Source of the DNA: Lama glama
Lineage: Eukaryota
Assembly: GCA_028534125.1 (NCBI GenBank)
Contig: CM052817.1
Coordinates: 36,086,001 to 36,150,000, forward strand
Length of the DNA: 64,000 nucleotides
Direction of reading: 5' to 3'
The translations under genes and the position numbers were made by a program. This document shows, piece by piece, positions 1 through 14,180 of the stretch (position 1 is the stretch's first letter; the number at the start of each line of letters is the position of its first letter). The notes beneath the pieces were generated by a model. It ran no database searches and was not told where the DNA came from. It saw nothing but the letters and a program-made list of their open reading frames with translations.

Positions 1-112
1 CACTTTACTATAAAGTAACACAACATTGTAAATCAACTATACTTCAATTAGATAGATAGATGAAAGGAAATTAGAAGGAAGGGAAGGGAGGGAGGAAGGA
101 AGGAAGGAAGGA
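1..112 (+). mobile_element. LINE-1 extreme 3' end followed by (GATA)/(GGAA) low-complexity tail
   Basis: aacacaacattgtaaatcaactatacttcaat matches the L1 3' terminus also seen at 20500, 55350 and 60530. Confidence 0.75.
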
Positions 113-860
113 AAAGAATTACCAGGTGATCTAGCAATCCCACTTCTGAGTTTATATCCAAAGGAAATGAAATCAGTATCTCTAATAGATACATGCACTC
201 CCTTGTTCACTGTAGCATTATTTATAGTAGCCAAGACAAGATATAGAACCACCTAAGTGTCTGACAGTGGATGAATGGATAAATAAAACATGGTATAAAT
301 AATATTCCATTGTGTATATATACATTTCTTGTATGTTTCTTGTGTATATATACACATACACACACACAAAGGAAATCCTTCCACTTGAGACAACTTGGAT
401 GGACCCGGCAGACATTATGCTAAGTGCAATAAGTCAGACAGAGAAAGACAAATACTGTGTGATTTCACTTGTATGTGAAATGTAAAAAAGTTGAACTCAT
501 AAAAGCAGAGAGTGGAACAGTGTTTGCCAGGGATTTGAGGTGTTGAGGAAAAGGAGAGATGTTGGTCAAAGAGTAAAAATTTTCAGTTACAGAATGAGTA
601 AGTTCTGGGGACCTAATGTTCTGCATGATAACTATAGGTAACAGTACTGTGCTGTATACTTAAATTTTTGCTAAGAAAGTCGATCTTAATTGGTCTCACC
701 AGAAAAAAAAAAAGAACTGTGCCTTTGAGATGATGGAGGTATTAATTTGCCTGATTATGATAATCATTTTACAATGTATACATGTATCAAATCATCACAT
801 TAAATATATATGATTTGTATTTGTCCATTATCCCTCAGTAATGCTGGTAAAGTTATAATA
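113..860 (+). mobile_element. Old LINE-1 (L1MA/MB-like) ORF2 end and 3'UTR
   Basis: Hallmark motifs gatctagcaatcccacttctg, gtagcattatttatagtagccaag, gatgaatggataaataaa, ataagtcagacagagaaagacaaatact. Confidence 0.88.
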
Positions 861-964
861 ACCCTACATGTAACATTTTTGTCTGTATCACAGTTTTGTC
901 AGGTAATCCTGTAAAGATTTCCAGATCTGAAAAGTAATCTTGGGCAAAGAAACTATGATTCTGA

Positions 965-1065
965 AAAAGTTATTCATTTCACAGATATTTATTGAGTTAG
1001 GTGAATTGTCCAAGATCACATAGTTAGTTGACAGGCTGAGATTAATATATGTCTTCTGATTATTT
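965..1065. mobile_element. MIR fragment
   Basis: catttcacagat...aattgtccaagatcacatagttagt resembles the MIR core. Confidence 0.55.
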
Positions 1066-3189
1066 TACAGTTATTTCTTGCCAATCCTCTACCTTGACTT
1101 ACTTCACCCTTTCATGTCCTTATACTTCCCTCTTCAGCCTAACTGCGAATTCCTGAAGTAGAAGGACTGTGTCTTTTGTGGGTTTTGGGTTTTTTTTTGC
1201 ATCCATTACAGTACCTAGTAGGCATGTACTTAGCTGTTACTGCCATAGTTGTTATTCTTGTGACATTATTACATGTGCTCAATTTGAATTTAGATTCTAG
1301 TCTTCATCTCAGCTGACCTAAACCTTTCAGAGGGTGAGGTCTGATTCAAAACAGCAGAACATTAATGTGTCAATTCTGTTTCTTGTGGTCCTTGGAAAGT
1401 GCTTACCCGAGGAATCCCTGTACAGCCTGCCCTTGGAGATGCCACAGAGTCCCCCCAGCTGTGCCCTCTCATCATCCCCACTTAATCTGTACCATCTCCT
1501 CACGAGGGCTCTGGCCCAATGTTGCATTTCTATCAGTAATGTGCTGTTTATTCATGTAGGAGAAATCCAGTGCTTTATGAGGCTCATAACATCTCTGCGA
1601 CTCCCCACCCTTGTGGCAGAAAGTGTGTGTTGTGATGTTTGCCAAACAACACTTCATGTTTCAGTCACATGTTACAATGGTACATTTCATAAGATTCAGG
1701 CTTCCAAAGATATAAATAATGAATCAATGTTCAGTAGTATTAACTGTACCCATTGTCCTTCAAGATATCTAATCTATTAACTCTGGCTATTAAATACGAC
1801 TTTCCTCACTTCTGAAGCCCGGCCAACAACAGAAAGCAGTCATAATTATCCTGTGTTGGTACTTCATAAAGGGCACGCCAGTTACTTCCTGAACATGTGT
1901 TTGTTTCCTATAGTGTTTCACTCTCTGTTGCTTGGGGGAAAGTTTCAGACTTTTTAACTGGCTGGTGAAGCTGAAATGAAGTTAGGATTCTTGGCTACAG
2001 GACTTATTAACCATATCATGTACAATATAATTTGAAAAATGACCCAATATAAATGTGCTGCTGAAGCTGCAAGCTTTCCTGCAGCCACTCCCCTGTAAGG
2101 GAAGGAGAGTGTAAAACCGCTTTGGGGAAAGCAGAGAGGTGAGCCTGACCACACCGTTCACCTACGGAGCTGCCATTTTCTGAGCTGTGCCCACTCTCTG
2201 GCCTTCATAATGGAGATTCATAGAAAAGTACACTTGAAAAAGTCCCCAAGGTCCCCAGACTGGATTAGAAAAAATATCTAACTCTACTTCCACAGATAGT
2301 TTTCTAATCTGTTCTTAACCACCAGTAGGTCCCATGATAAATACTCCAAGGTCATCTTAGGTAAATTATTTCCTATAAGCTGAGTAACTATTAAATATAC
2401 TTTCCTGTGTTTTATTTCAATCTCCTTTTATTCCTGTAATTTAAAATGAGAATCTCTGATATTTCTCTAATTATTTTGATTATTAAAAAACAAATAGTTC
2501 ACCCATTCACCAAGATCTGCCACTTGGTGCAATTGCTCTATTCAAATTTTGGCATTTCACTGGAATGCAAATTTTATTTTAATTTTTTCTCTAAATTCTT
2601 TGGTAATGAGTGGTTGGTGAAAGAGGAGGTAAGTAATGGTAAAGAAATTTCCTATCATGTTTACAGATCATTTCTAGTGGCATGTAAATCACCAGAGTAT
2701 ATATGGACTGCTGTGGACTTACCTGAATTTATTTTAATAATTCAAAGTCAACAAACTCTTACTGGACATGTTCTTTGTACTGCACGTGTTGCACTGGGCT
2801 CTGAGAAGTCCAGGGGAACTAAGGCATGGTCTCTAATGTTTAGGGGTCTTCCAGTCCATTAAATGAGACAAACTTATGTGTAGTTAACAATCATATAAAA
2901 TGCAGGAAGTTAAGAGTGGCATATAGATGTTCCATAAAAGCAAAGAGGGCTAATCAATGAGTAAATTTCAAGTCATTCAAGGCCTTTAAAAAATCTGGCT
3001 CCTCCTATCTTCCTGGCTTACTCTTCCACAGGTTTTCATCCTATAACCAGGGTACATTGCAACCACACTGTTCAGATATCCCTCTGTGTCTTTGCTGACA
3101 TGTTCCCATTATCTGGCGTGTCCTTGTTCCACTTTGTCAGTGGTCAGTTTTCATCTTCTCTAGGAAGCTCCTACTAACTCTTGTCATTT

Positions 3190-4210
3190 CAAATAAATGG
3201 AATCACAGAATATATATCCTTTTGGGTCTGCCGCCTTTCACTTAGCATATGTTTTGAAGATTCATCCATATCGTATTTCATTCCTTGTTATGACTGAGTA
3301 ATGTTCCACTGTCTATATACATTACATTTTTTTTATTGATGGACATTTGGGTTGCTTTTACTTTTGAACTATTATGAATAATGCTACTATGAACATTGAT
3401 GTACAAGTCTTCCTATAGACATATGTTTTCTGTGCTCTTGAGCATATGCCTGAGGGTGGAATTGCTGGATCATATAGTAACTCTATGCTTAACTTTTTGA
3501 AGAACTGATGAACTGTTTATGAAAGCAGCTACTTCATTTTGCATCCCTACCAGCAATGTGTGATGTTTCCAGTTTCTCCACATCCTGACCAAGACTGTTA
3601 CTGTCTTTTTTATTGTGATCATCCTGCTTGGGTGTAGAATGGTCTCTTATTGTGGTTTTGATTTGTGTTTCCCTAATGACTGATGCTGTTGAGCATCTTT
3701 TCATGTGTTTATTAACCATCCATATATCTTCTTTGGAGGAATGTCAATTCAAATCCTTTGTCCATTTTTCAAAATTAGATTATTTGTCATTTTATTATTC
3801 AGTTAGAAGAGTTCTTTATATATTCTGGTTACTAACTCTATCCGATACATGATTTCAAATATTTTCTCATTGTATGGGTTGTCTTTTTACTTTTTTGATA
3901 ATGTCATTTGAAGCACAGAAGTTTTATTTTTATGAAGTCCAATTAATGTGGGTTTTTTTGTTCATGATTTTATATCCTATCTAAGAAACCATTGTCTGAT
4001 CCAAGGTCATGAAGATTTACATCTATGTTTTCTTCTAAGAGCTTTATAGTTTCACCCTCCTATTTAGGTATTTCATCCATTTTGAGTTAATTTTTATATA
4101 TGCTGTGAGGTAAAGATCCAACTTAACTCTTTTGCATATGGATATTCACTTGTCCCAGCACCATTTGCTGAAAAGACTATTCTTTTCCCATTGAACTGTC
4201 TTTTTGGTTG
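3190..4210 (-). mobile_element. Old LINE-1 ORF2 3' part, antisense
   Basis: The minus-strand ORF 3534-3719 ([25 protein letters not shown]) resembles the L1 ORF2p C-terminus. Confidence 0.9.
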
Positions 4211-4399
4211 CCTCATCAAACATCTGAGTTTGATTTTAGAAAAAAAACCAAAGCTAAGCATCTTAGCTGTTCTCTCATCACCTTTGTTTTCTAAAAACAG
4301 GAACTTCAGTTTAGTAGAGAAATAAGCATGGCTTAGATTTATAAAATATGACAGCACAATGCAAAGATTTTATCCAGTTTCACACAGCAGTCAGGGAAG

Positions 4400-5620
4400 A
4401 CCGCTCATCCTCCTGCTTCCCAAAGCTACCAGCACATCCATGTCTGGACCCTTACACTCCTCTGCCTTCTCTCCTGTCACAGTGGGTGGTCTGGGCTTGT
4501 ACCTCTCTGGGGTCAGCACTCGTGCTTGTCCTCTGAACCCCATTATCTCGTACTCACTCAAGGACTAAGTTAAGATAATCACTTCCTTCCTCTATAGCAT
4601 CAATTTTGCCCTTCAAGATTCTTCCTATCAGCATAGAAGCACTTTATAATAGCTCTCAACATTTTTTAATCCCTCCCAAAAAACAGTATCCCTCTTCTCT
4701 TTAGAGCACACCTCGGCTAAAGGATCATATATACTTAATGTCTTCATAGCCTTTCCTCCCATTCTTTCTTCAACCCACATACTGCTAAAATTGTTTTTGA
4801 TAAGGATACCAACAATCTCCATCTTGCCAGATCCAAAGGTCAGTCTCATCTTACTCCATCAGCAGCATTTGACCAACTAATGATGCCACTTTGAAGCACT
4901 TTCTTCACTTTGTTTCTGTAGTACCACACTCTCCTACTTTCATTCTGGTCTTATTGGACACCATTTATTAGCCCTGTTTGTAAAATTTGTCTTCTTTTCC
5001 AGAACTCTCAAGGTTGGAGCACCACCAGGCTCAGTCCTATGACCTCTTCTCAAGCTGTGGTCAATCTTGGGTGCTTTCATCCAGGCCCACATTTTTGAAT
5101 ACCATTTTATTCCTGTGACCTCCAAAATCATACCTTCAGCTCCAGCCTCTCCTTTGCACTGCAAATTGTTATATCTTCCTGGCAGGACAAGCTATTTAAC
5201 TTTGGGGTGGCCCACTAATGCAAAGTGAAAATGTGGAGCCCTCTGTTAAAAACTATTGAGAATTTCAAGATGGCAACAGCAGAGCATTAAACCAAATATG
5301 GGGCTTTCTGAGTGTAGGCTCTGTGGAACTACACATTCCATATCACCCCGAGGCCAGCCCTGCCTATTGGCTCCCTGACAAGTACACCTGGATATTTAAT
5401 GAGCATGTCATACTCAATGTATATAAAACAGAACCCCTAATTTACACTCCTGTCTAAAAAAAGACAATCCTATTTCTACCCAGGTTTTCCCCCATCTCAA
5501 TAATTTGTACCATTCACCCAGTTACTCCTGCCAAGAATCTGTGATTTTTCTACTTTTCTCAACCAATCCATCAACAAGTCCTTTGGGCTCTACCTTCAAA
5601 ATATATGCTCAAACATCTGG
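4400..5620 (+). mobile_element. L2 fragment interrupted by MER45A-like element
   Basis: L2 motifs cagcagcatttgac, ttgaagcactttcttcact, ggctctaccttcaaaatata. Confidence 0.75.
5183..5362 (-). mobile_element. MER45A-like hAT-Tip100 non-autonomous DNA transposon
   Basis: Termini CAGGAC...GCCCTG, internal aatttcaagatggcaacagcagagcattaaaccaa matches the recalled MER45A consensus. Degenerate 8-bp TSD cttcctgg/cctattgg. Confidence 0.8.
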
Positions 5621-7354
5621 AATCTAAACTTTCACAGTCTTGAATTATCATTTCACAGATAATTTTTCATTAAAAAGAAGGAAGGTTTTTTTTACAATGG
5701 AGAAACCTAGAAATCACTACTTAAACCAAATGATTAAACTTATCATCATGGATAAAAATATGATAAGCATAAAATTTTTTTGAGGATTAGAAATGACCCA
5801 GAAATATGTTCCTGATTATTAAATGAAAATGTTGTAAAATAGTACACACCGCATAATCCTGTGTTTTTTATTGTGGTAAAATGTACTTAACAGAAAATTT
5901 ACCATTTCAGCCATTTTTAAGTATATGGTTCAGTGACATTAAGTACCTTCATATTGTACCATCTTTGTATATAATTATATACATTATATATAAATAGAAA
6001 AAATGGAAGAATATATAATCATACTAATAGTAACACTAGTTTTGTAAGTGATGGGATCGTGTTTGACTTTTACATTCTTCTTTGTATTTTCTAGATTTTC
6101 TATGTGAGCATAGATTGTATAATTTGTAATAAGAAAAAGGTTTTTGTTGTCTTTTAAATAAAGGATGACAAATGCTTCAAGGAAGACATAGTAATTGTCA
6201 GATTTAGAGAAATCACGTAGAGTGATAACTGAACTGCTTTCGGACTTGACAATTATGGCTTTACTCATTCAAAAGGATAAAATCCCCTGAATGGGAAATA
6301 AGAAAGGGCAGCATATGAGAAGCCCAGAGAGACTAAGTTTTGCCTGGGTGAGTGGGAATGGGGTCAGGAGGGGGAGATCTCCGCTAGGAGAAATGCCTGA
6401 ACAGAAAAAAACGAGGAAAGTAGAGCACAAGAGTGGGCAGGCGCAGTTCAGCCTGCCTGGAGCCCCAGTGTACGTGAAGGGGAGAGCAATAATGTGTGCG
6501 GATATGGAGGAGTAGAAGGGCCCTGCTGTGTGTGTGTAGAGAATTTGGACTTTACTTTGTTAAGCTCTGAAGAGCAACCAGAGCTTTTTGACAAAGCAGT
6601 GTTTGGGGAAGATCTGTTCCGTACAATCTGGACTTACGGTAGGAAAGACCAAACTCAGTAAAACCTATTATGAGAGATGTTCTCAGAGTTGAAGTAATAA
6701 AAGTTTTAATTGAAGGGAGGGGTGAGGGAAATAGAAAAACGTAGGTGGTGGTAGTGAACTCAGGTAGAACGAGAAAGGCAATATTCTCTTATTTAAACCG
6801 CCTTAGAAACAGAGTATCTATTTTATGATGGCTTAGTTCGGCCAAATTCTATACCATTTATCTGTTTCATATAGAGTGATTTGAAGTCTAGGATGATGTT
6901 ATTTTCAAAAGCACTCATATTTGTTCAAGGATGTTTCACTAGGTTGTTTCCAGACTCTTCAGATTGGATTGATTTATATTTCAGAGTTATCTTCCTGAAG
7001 TAATAGTTTCAAAAGTTGTTATGGAATCATGATTCACTTTTCAAAGCATTTTTTAATCTATTTAAATAATATATTGCATTGCCTTTTGAGGGGGGACCAC
7101 TGGTTTTATTAATTATGTATTTATTTATAAGTTCAGTTTATTTCTTAACTTATTTGAAATTTCTTTGTCCAGCTGGTATACCTCTTCACTAAAATTCAAT
7201 GAGAAAAACCTTTTTGTATTCATTATGATTTCTAAGAATGCTCTAGATATGAATAGCACTTGAAAGAGAAGATATAACTTATGCTCAGCTATAATGCAAT
7301 GGGTCCAATTCTCTGAGACATTGAATTTAAAATTTTTTTTCTAATCAGATCATT

Positions 7355-8144
7355 CTTTTTTATTATTGAAGTAGAGTTGATTTACAGCATTGTGTTAGTT
7401 TCTGGTCTGTATATCAGAAACATAGTGATTCAGTTATACATATATATATTCTTTTTCATTATTGGTTATTACAAGCTTTTGAATTCAGTTCCCTATGCTA
7501 TACAGTAGGACCTTGTTGTTTATCTATTTTATATGTAGTAGTTTGCATCTGCTAATCCCAAACTCCTAATTTATCTCTCTTCCTCCTTTTTTCTCTTTGA
7601 TAACCATAATTTTGTTTATTTCTGTGAATGACATTTGTGTCATTTTTTTAGGGTCCACATGTAAGTGATATCATATGATATTTGTCTTTCACTGATTTAC
7701 TTCACTTAGTATGATAATCTCTGGGTTCATCCATGTTACTGCAAGTGGCATTATTTTGTTATTTTTTATGGTTGAATAGTATTCCATTGTATAAATATAC
7801 CACATCTTCTTTATCCAGTCATCTGTTGATGGACATTTAGGTTGCTTCATGTCTTGGCTATTGTAAATAGTGTTGCTATGAACATTGGAGTGCATGTATC
7901 TTTTCAAATTAGAGTTTACTCCAGTTTTATGCCCAGGAGTAAGATTGCTGAATCATATGGTAAGTCTATTTTTAGTTTTTGAGGAATCTCCATACTGTTT
8001 TCCATAACGGCTACACCAAACTACATTCCCACCAACAGTATAGGAGGGTCTCTTTTCTCCACACTCTCTCTAGCATTTATTGTTTATGGACTTTTTAATG
8101 GTGACCATTCTGACCAGTATGAGGTGATACTTCATTGTTTTGTA
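7355..8144 (-). mobile_element. Younger 5'-truncated LINE-1 with TSD
   Basis: T-rich tail at left. ORF 7689-7907 (QPKCPSTDDWIKKMWYIYTMEYYS) is the L1 ORF2p C-terminus. TSD aatcagatcatt 7343-7354 / aatcaaatcatt 8145-8156. Confidence 0.93.
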
Positions 8145-8204
8145 AATCAAATCATTTAAAATGCTCTAGAGATGTTGGAGATTTAAGGCACACCTACTGT
8201 GATT

Positions 8205-8508
8205 TTTAAAAATTTTTGTTAATTGAGGTATAGTTGATTACAACATTGTACTAGTTTCAGATGTACAACATAGCAATTCAAAATTTTTATAGATTATATT
8301 CCACTTAAAGTTATTGTAAAATAGTGGCTATGTTCTCTGTGCTGTACAGTATATCCTTGTAGCTTATTTTATGCATAGCAGTTTGTGTCTCTTAACCTCC
8401 TACCACATCTTGCCCCTCCCGCCTTACCTCATCCCAATGGTAACCACTAATTTGTTCTCTATATCTGTGAGCTGTTTCTGTTTTGTTATATTAATTTGTT
8501 TTTATTTG
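8205..8508 (-). mobile_element. Second LINE-1 3'UTR fragment (different subfamily)
   Basis: attgaggtatagttgattacaacatt...ggtaaccactaatttgttctctatatctgtga. Candidate TSD tgtgatt at 8198 and 8509. Confidence 0.82.
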
Positions 8509-10243
8509 TGTGATTGTTTTTTAGTGTGACCTGTTCTTGGTAATACAAATAATCACTATTTCCTCTTATTTTCCCCTTCTTAGTGTATTTTCACTTATTT
8601 ACTCATTGGGTTAGTTCAAAGGAAAGCAGGCCACATTGTTTTAAAGTAAATAAATTTTCCTAGCCAGTTTAGCAACAGTGAGAGATTTGGTGTTCATGCC
8701 CAGTGTTTCATGTCTTGGAAATACGAAGAGTTTCTGAAGAGTTTGTTTTGTGTTTTAGGGATACAGAATCAGTTATGATTACTAGTCGGTTACCATATCA
8801 CACTAAACAATTCTGACATTTCTCTAAGGAAACCCTGCTGAAGCCTGTTTCTCCTCTGCCAGGAAATATCGTTTAACAGGGTGAAAGGTCACTGGGACAG
8901 TCTAAGGCAGCTGATCTCAGGTGTGGTAGCAGCTGTTGTGTGGGACATGACTTACTTTGTGAGAACAGAAACACTATTATCTGGACTCCCAAGGGAGGTT
9001 TGCAGAAAGTCATGCCCAGGGAGTCCCATTCCAGGAAAATGTGCTCGAGCACTTATTTATTGGCAGTGATCACTAACTGAGATTCCATCTGGCAAAAATG
9101 TGGATTTTTTCCCCGTCCCAGAAAGTTGGAGAACAATTATGTAAGTTGTCTCATAGAATTTATTTTTAACCACTTTTTATGAAGAAATTGCAGTCCCTTA
9201 GTTATTAGAAGAAATTCACTTTTTTTAAGAAAAAATAGAGCATCTGTATGAATTTGTATTTCACTGTATATTTACGTACCATAAATTATAATTTATTCTT
9301 TTTTATTTAATTTTTATTTATTATATAATTTTTAAAGGTGATACTCCATTCACAGTTTTTTATAAGATATTGCCTATATTCCCCACAAGCAGGTATGTAT
9401 AATAATTACTTGTCTTTTGATATGAAATCATTACTCGGTCTTTCTGGTGAATGTTTTGACATTTATATTGGGAAGGCTGGAACCGGTTGGTCAAATCCAA
9501 GTGTCAGTGGAGTGGAGAGAAGCCTGAGACGTACCTCTCCTGCTGTGGGCCCCTGTCCGCCTTGCCCCACTGTGTGCAGCCTTCTCCTCTGCCCCACAGC
9601 AGCTCCACGAGATTTTAAAACCTGAGTAGGAGAACCCTGTGAGCCTTTGAAGAGTCCACTAAGGCTGACCAGATACACTGAAATCACCCCATGCACAGTT
9701 TTAAAAGCAATTAGAATTAAAGAGGTGTGTCTTTGGAAAAATAATTATATAATATCCATGCCCAAGGGATTTTTTTCCCCCAGCAATCTTCTAATAAAGA
9801 TTAAAGATTAAATAAGTCTCAGAAATAAGTGAGGAAACACTTTAATTATGTTCCTTAGTTATTTTTTGCCTCTACCTTATGTAAAGCAAGTGTATTTGTT
9901 TCTGCTGTTACTAAAGAAAAACAGTTTAACTAGAAATTCCTATTCCTCTGAGCATGAACCTGTTCTGAATGCCACTGGTTTGCTTCCTCACATAAATCTT
10001 ATATGAGGTTTTATACTCGTTCTTTGAGTTAAGAAATACTATAGAGTTTTTTTTCTTTTACATAAAAACAACTGACAGTCTTCCTGTCATTTCCATATGT
10101 TAATTTCTTAGTAAGAGGAATACAATTAAGAATACAATTTAAAACTTTGATTTTCCATCTTTTTTTCTTTCTACCTTTCCCTCTGCACTGTGTAAACCAC
10201 TTCCTTTCCCCACTGCAGCTACAACTGGCTTCTCCCATTACAC

Positions 10244-10244
<1 letters not shown>

Positions 10245-10278
<34 letters not shown>
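10245..10278 (+). repeat. (AC)17 microsatellite
   Basis: Read directly. Confidence 0.97.
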
Positions 10279-10280
<2 letters not shown>

Positions 10281-11569
10281 CTTAAGAGCAGCAGAAGAGG
10301 TTTGTTCTTATCCACAGTATGTCTTTGGTTCAGACAGCCATTAGAAGACTGTATAGGCCTTATTTACTGTACATGCAGTCATCTGAATATAAGCCTCAGA
10401 CCAAAAGAAAGGATTCTCTATTTCCTAAAGCCAATTGATAATGTGCATTATCAGTGAGTAAGTATGATACTGCATAATCGCGAAAAGCTTTTGTATGATG
10501 GAGATGCTATGGCATTCCAATGCTGGCTTCATGTCAGCCACTTATGAGCTGAGTGCTCAAGTTAATTAGCTTCATTTCCACATCTATTAGAATATAGACA
10601 GCCTAGCCTCTCAGTAAAGTCTGGTTGCCTTATATATTCCACCGCTTCGCTTCCTTCTCCCCCTCCTCTTATTTTTGATATTTTTTGTTGATGATATTGA
10701 TATCCTCTGATGAGGCCTGAAATTCACTCGTTTTCTAACACAGATTGCCAGAGAGCAAGTTTAATCAGGACCCATGCAGCAATACCAGAATATCTAAATT
10801 ATACACTCCCTAAAAATCCTGGCTTCATAATTATGAAAACCCCTATCAGATTGAGCCATCACCATTTATGAATACGATGTGAGTGTCTTGTGGGAGGTAT
10901 TGCTCCTTCGTGCAGTTTTTAAAGATTGACAAAAATATGAGGAAGAAACCTTGCCTGAGAAGCACCTTATGACCAAACTTGTAAGAGAGAAATTATTTTA
11001 ATATATCATTTTGTCTCAGGAAACAAATCAATCTGCTGTTAAAACAGTATGTGAAAATAAATTAGTGTGGCCACGAAATGTTCTTGGTTCTTCAGTTGCT
11101 TCAAATTGATGTTGAAATTAAAACAAATGAAGCCACATCATTTTTGGAGCAATTGTTGCTCTTGATAGCACAAGTGCAAACACACATTATTACTAAACAC
11201 TTGGAATCTGCTAAAGAAGTTATGTAAGAAAATTAGAAGTCTGCAAGCCAGCTGAAGTGTAGAAAAGGAAACAGACAACCGAGGAGAAATAATGTAAAAT
11301 GCTTAAAGGATTTGGAAAATTTTGGATAGAACCTTACTTTGTACAACTCTGTGATTGCACATCAGTGTGTAACCCTGGCGGTTTCTTTCTTTAGTCAGGT
11401 ATTGGTTATCACTATCCTTCATTTGAACCTATAGGAGGCGTCTGCTTTATCTTAAGTGTAGGCCTACAAGGGGAAATGTTAAAAAAGTAGGTAGCAATAT
11501 TTCTTGATAAGTTAAAGTCTAATCAAAGCAGCTATGTATCAGTCTCTGGTGAAGAGTGATTGATCTGTC

Positions 11570-13500
11570 AGTTCATTCATTCAGCCCATACTGAGTGTTC
11601 TGTTTAATGACTCCAGTGAAGATAAAGCTTTGTCCTGGAGAGCTAACAGTCCAATAGGGAGATAATATGTAGATTCAGATACTAATAAAACTATGTGGGG
11701 AAAAAAGGAGAGACATCATAAGAGATGCAAAGGACTGTATGAGTTAAAAGGGGCAAAAGACTTGTTCCATTGGCCTAAACCTGAGTATGCACAGCATTTT
11801 GCCAGGAGGAGATGGAGTGGGAAAATATTCCAGACAGAGGGAACAGTACGATCAAACGTTTGGGGTAGCGAAGCCCAGAGCAGATTTGAAGACAGTGTCC
11901 AGGTCCCTCTGGAGTGGTTTCCTTAGGAGATCTAAGCAGTTGACTTAAACCGGAAGGGTAAATTGGGGTTCATCAGTGGAGGGTCTTCATCATCATTATA
12001 TTAAAAGAATTGGGGTTCATTGAAGAGGTAGTTGGGAGCTTCTGAAGCTTTTGAGAAGAGGAGTGAGTGAGCAGATCACCATCACAGTAGGAAATTCACT
12101 CTAATAGTGAAATGGATGCTTTGGAGAAAGGGTGAATGGAAGCAGAAAGATCACTTTGAAGGTTATCATGATGCTGCCAATGACGAAACATTGGCAAATG
12201 GACTGACGAAACAGACCTGACAGGACAGTCAACAGATTTGGTTCAGGAAAGGGAGGAGTAAAGATGACTCATGCTTTGAATGTGATTCATAAAGAGAAGA
12301 ATGTCGTCAGTAATAAGAGGGGCCAGGAGGAGGAGAATTGGAGGAATCAGATCACATACGGCTTTGAACATGTTGATTAGGGGGATAATATTACTAATTA
12401 TTGAGCACTTATTTGCCAGGCACTATTCTACATGTTTTACACGCATGATCTCATTTATTCCTCAGAGCAGCTTCAGAGCTTTTAAACCGCTGGTCCAAGT
12501 TTACACAGCCTGTCTGCGGTAGAGTCGGGATCCAGTCCCTTGGAGCGTAATTCCAGAGCGCAGTTTATTAAGCCCTAATAAAATGCCCGTATTGAAAGAT
12601 GTGGGGCTGGGAGGTGAGGCAGGAAGGGCATAAGAGAGGAGGAAAGACAGGTGAAATAAAAGGAGGACTGAGTGATCAGGGACACTTGGAGAATCCCCAG
12701 GAAGGATCACAGGGAGCCAAAGGCTTTCAGAAAATCGAAGGTGGGTGTTTCTGAAAAGTTAAGCGTGGGAAGAGATCTGAGACAGAGCATTTAGATTTAG
12801 TGGTCCAAAGAGCATCGGTGGCCTTAAAAGCAGTTTGAGAAACCTGGTGACGTTTGAAGTCCCTTGGTGTGGGGTGGAGGAGAAATTTCTGAGGATGTGG
12901 GAGCAGCAGAGGTGGGCTTTGAAGGAGCCTGTTGGTGGAGAGGAGAGGGAAATGGCGCTGTGTCACCAGAGGGGAGGGGAGGACTTCTTAGGAAAAGTGT
13001 TGGAGTGGGGGGAAAAGGGGAGAGATCAGGCTTCTTCCAGAGGAGAGAGAAAACGATGAGATCCAATACATGGATAAGAGGTTTGAGTCCTATGAGTAGG
13101 GACTTGTTCGTTCTCATAGACTAGGAAGTCAAGAAAAATAAGGCAAGATGTGTGTGTGTGTGTGTGTGTTTGCAGGGGGTGGGGGGTGTACTTCAACTCT
13201 TAAAGCCAAGAAGATTAGAGGCACTCAGTCCTACTTGATGAGCTTGACTTTCTTAGTACATTCAGGAGGCAAGGTAATTAGTGACTGAGAGAGGCAGATT
13301 TGTGGCGCTGGAGATGGGCCACAGTTTCTGTGGGAATGCAGTGAAAAATAGTCAAAGGCAACTACAAAGGTTGCCACACGGTATTGAGGTTCATGCCAAG
13401 ATTAATAGCATGAATTTTTAGTCTAGCTCATGGCCAGGGTTCTGTGACTTTCTTTTGCAGTGTTTAGCAGTCTGGCAGTAGAGCCCCCAGCTGGCACGAT
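11570..13500 (-). mobile_element. Degraded L2 region with a MIR at about 12385-12560
   Basis: Starts with ttcattcattca (reverse L2 tail), followed by purine-rich antisense L2 motifs. MIR-like attgagcacttatttgccaggcact...tcatttattcctca. Confidence 0.6.
13149..13168 (+). repeat. (TG)10 microsatellite
   Basis: Read directly. Confidence 0.95.
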
Positions 13501-13944
13501 TTATAAAGGGTGAAGAAGCAGAGGAGGATGCTAGTGAACCTGTTCTAGGAATAACTGAATGCTGAGGAGAGCCAGGAATGTGCCTGTTTTTAAAAAAGAA
13601 CTGCTGACATCTCCCTGGTAATATGGCATGTTAGAGAAATGTTGATAGGAAGACTTAATTTATCAGGAAATATATGTGGAATCAGATGTTAAAATTTGAA
13701 TGCTCCTATTCACCAGTATTTTACGTCTAGGATATGTTGAATGTAAATTGTAGTTCAATTTAATGTATTTTTGTAGTGTTGGGTCCTTTATTATTGAACT
13801 CCTGTGTCTATTTTAGCCATAAAGTATTGATGTGATCATAAAATCAGAAAAGACAAAATATTATTTCTGTCATTTGAATTTTAACTATTTCTAAAAATAT
13901 TTGTTATCATATGAGATATTTCAAAAATGCACGTAGAATAAAGT

Positions 13945-14180
13945 AGGCACTATGATGAATGGCAGAGTTCTGGAGCGGACCTCAGAAGTTCTGAATCCAA
14001 TTTCTTTTCTGCCACTAACTTTCCATGTGAATTTGAACAAACTGCTTAATTTTCTAGTACCAAGTTTACTTAGCAGTAAGATAGAGATTATGATATATAA
14101 TATAGTGATCTCCTAACTCAAGAATTTGATCGAAGTGTTAAGCAAAATGTGAAGGCATTTTTGAAACATGAAAAACCTAA
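13945..14180 (+). mobile_element. MIR
   Basis: ctgccactaactttccatgtgaatttgaacaaactgcttaattttct resembles the MIR core. Confidence 0.65.

Noticed and set aside
1334..1780. 148-aa + strand ORF
   Set aside because: Non-ATG start, no recognisable protein similarity and no clear exon boundaries; consistent with chance in a GC-richer patch.
2446..2862. 138-aa ORF
   Set aside because: AT-rich composition, runs into an L2 fragment and has no recognisable homology.
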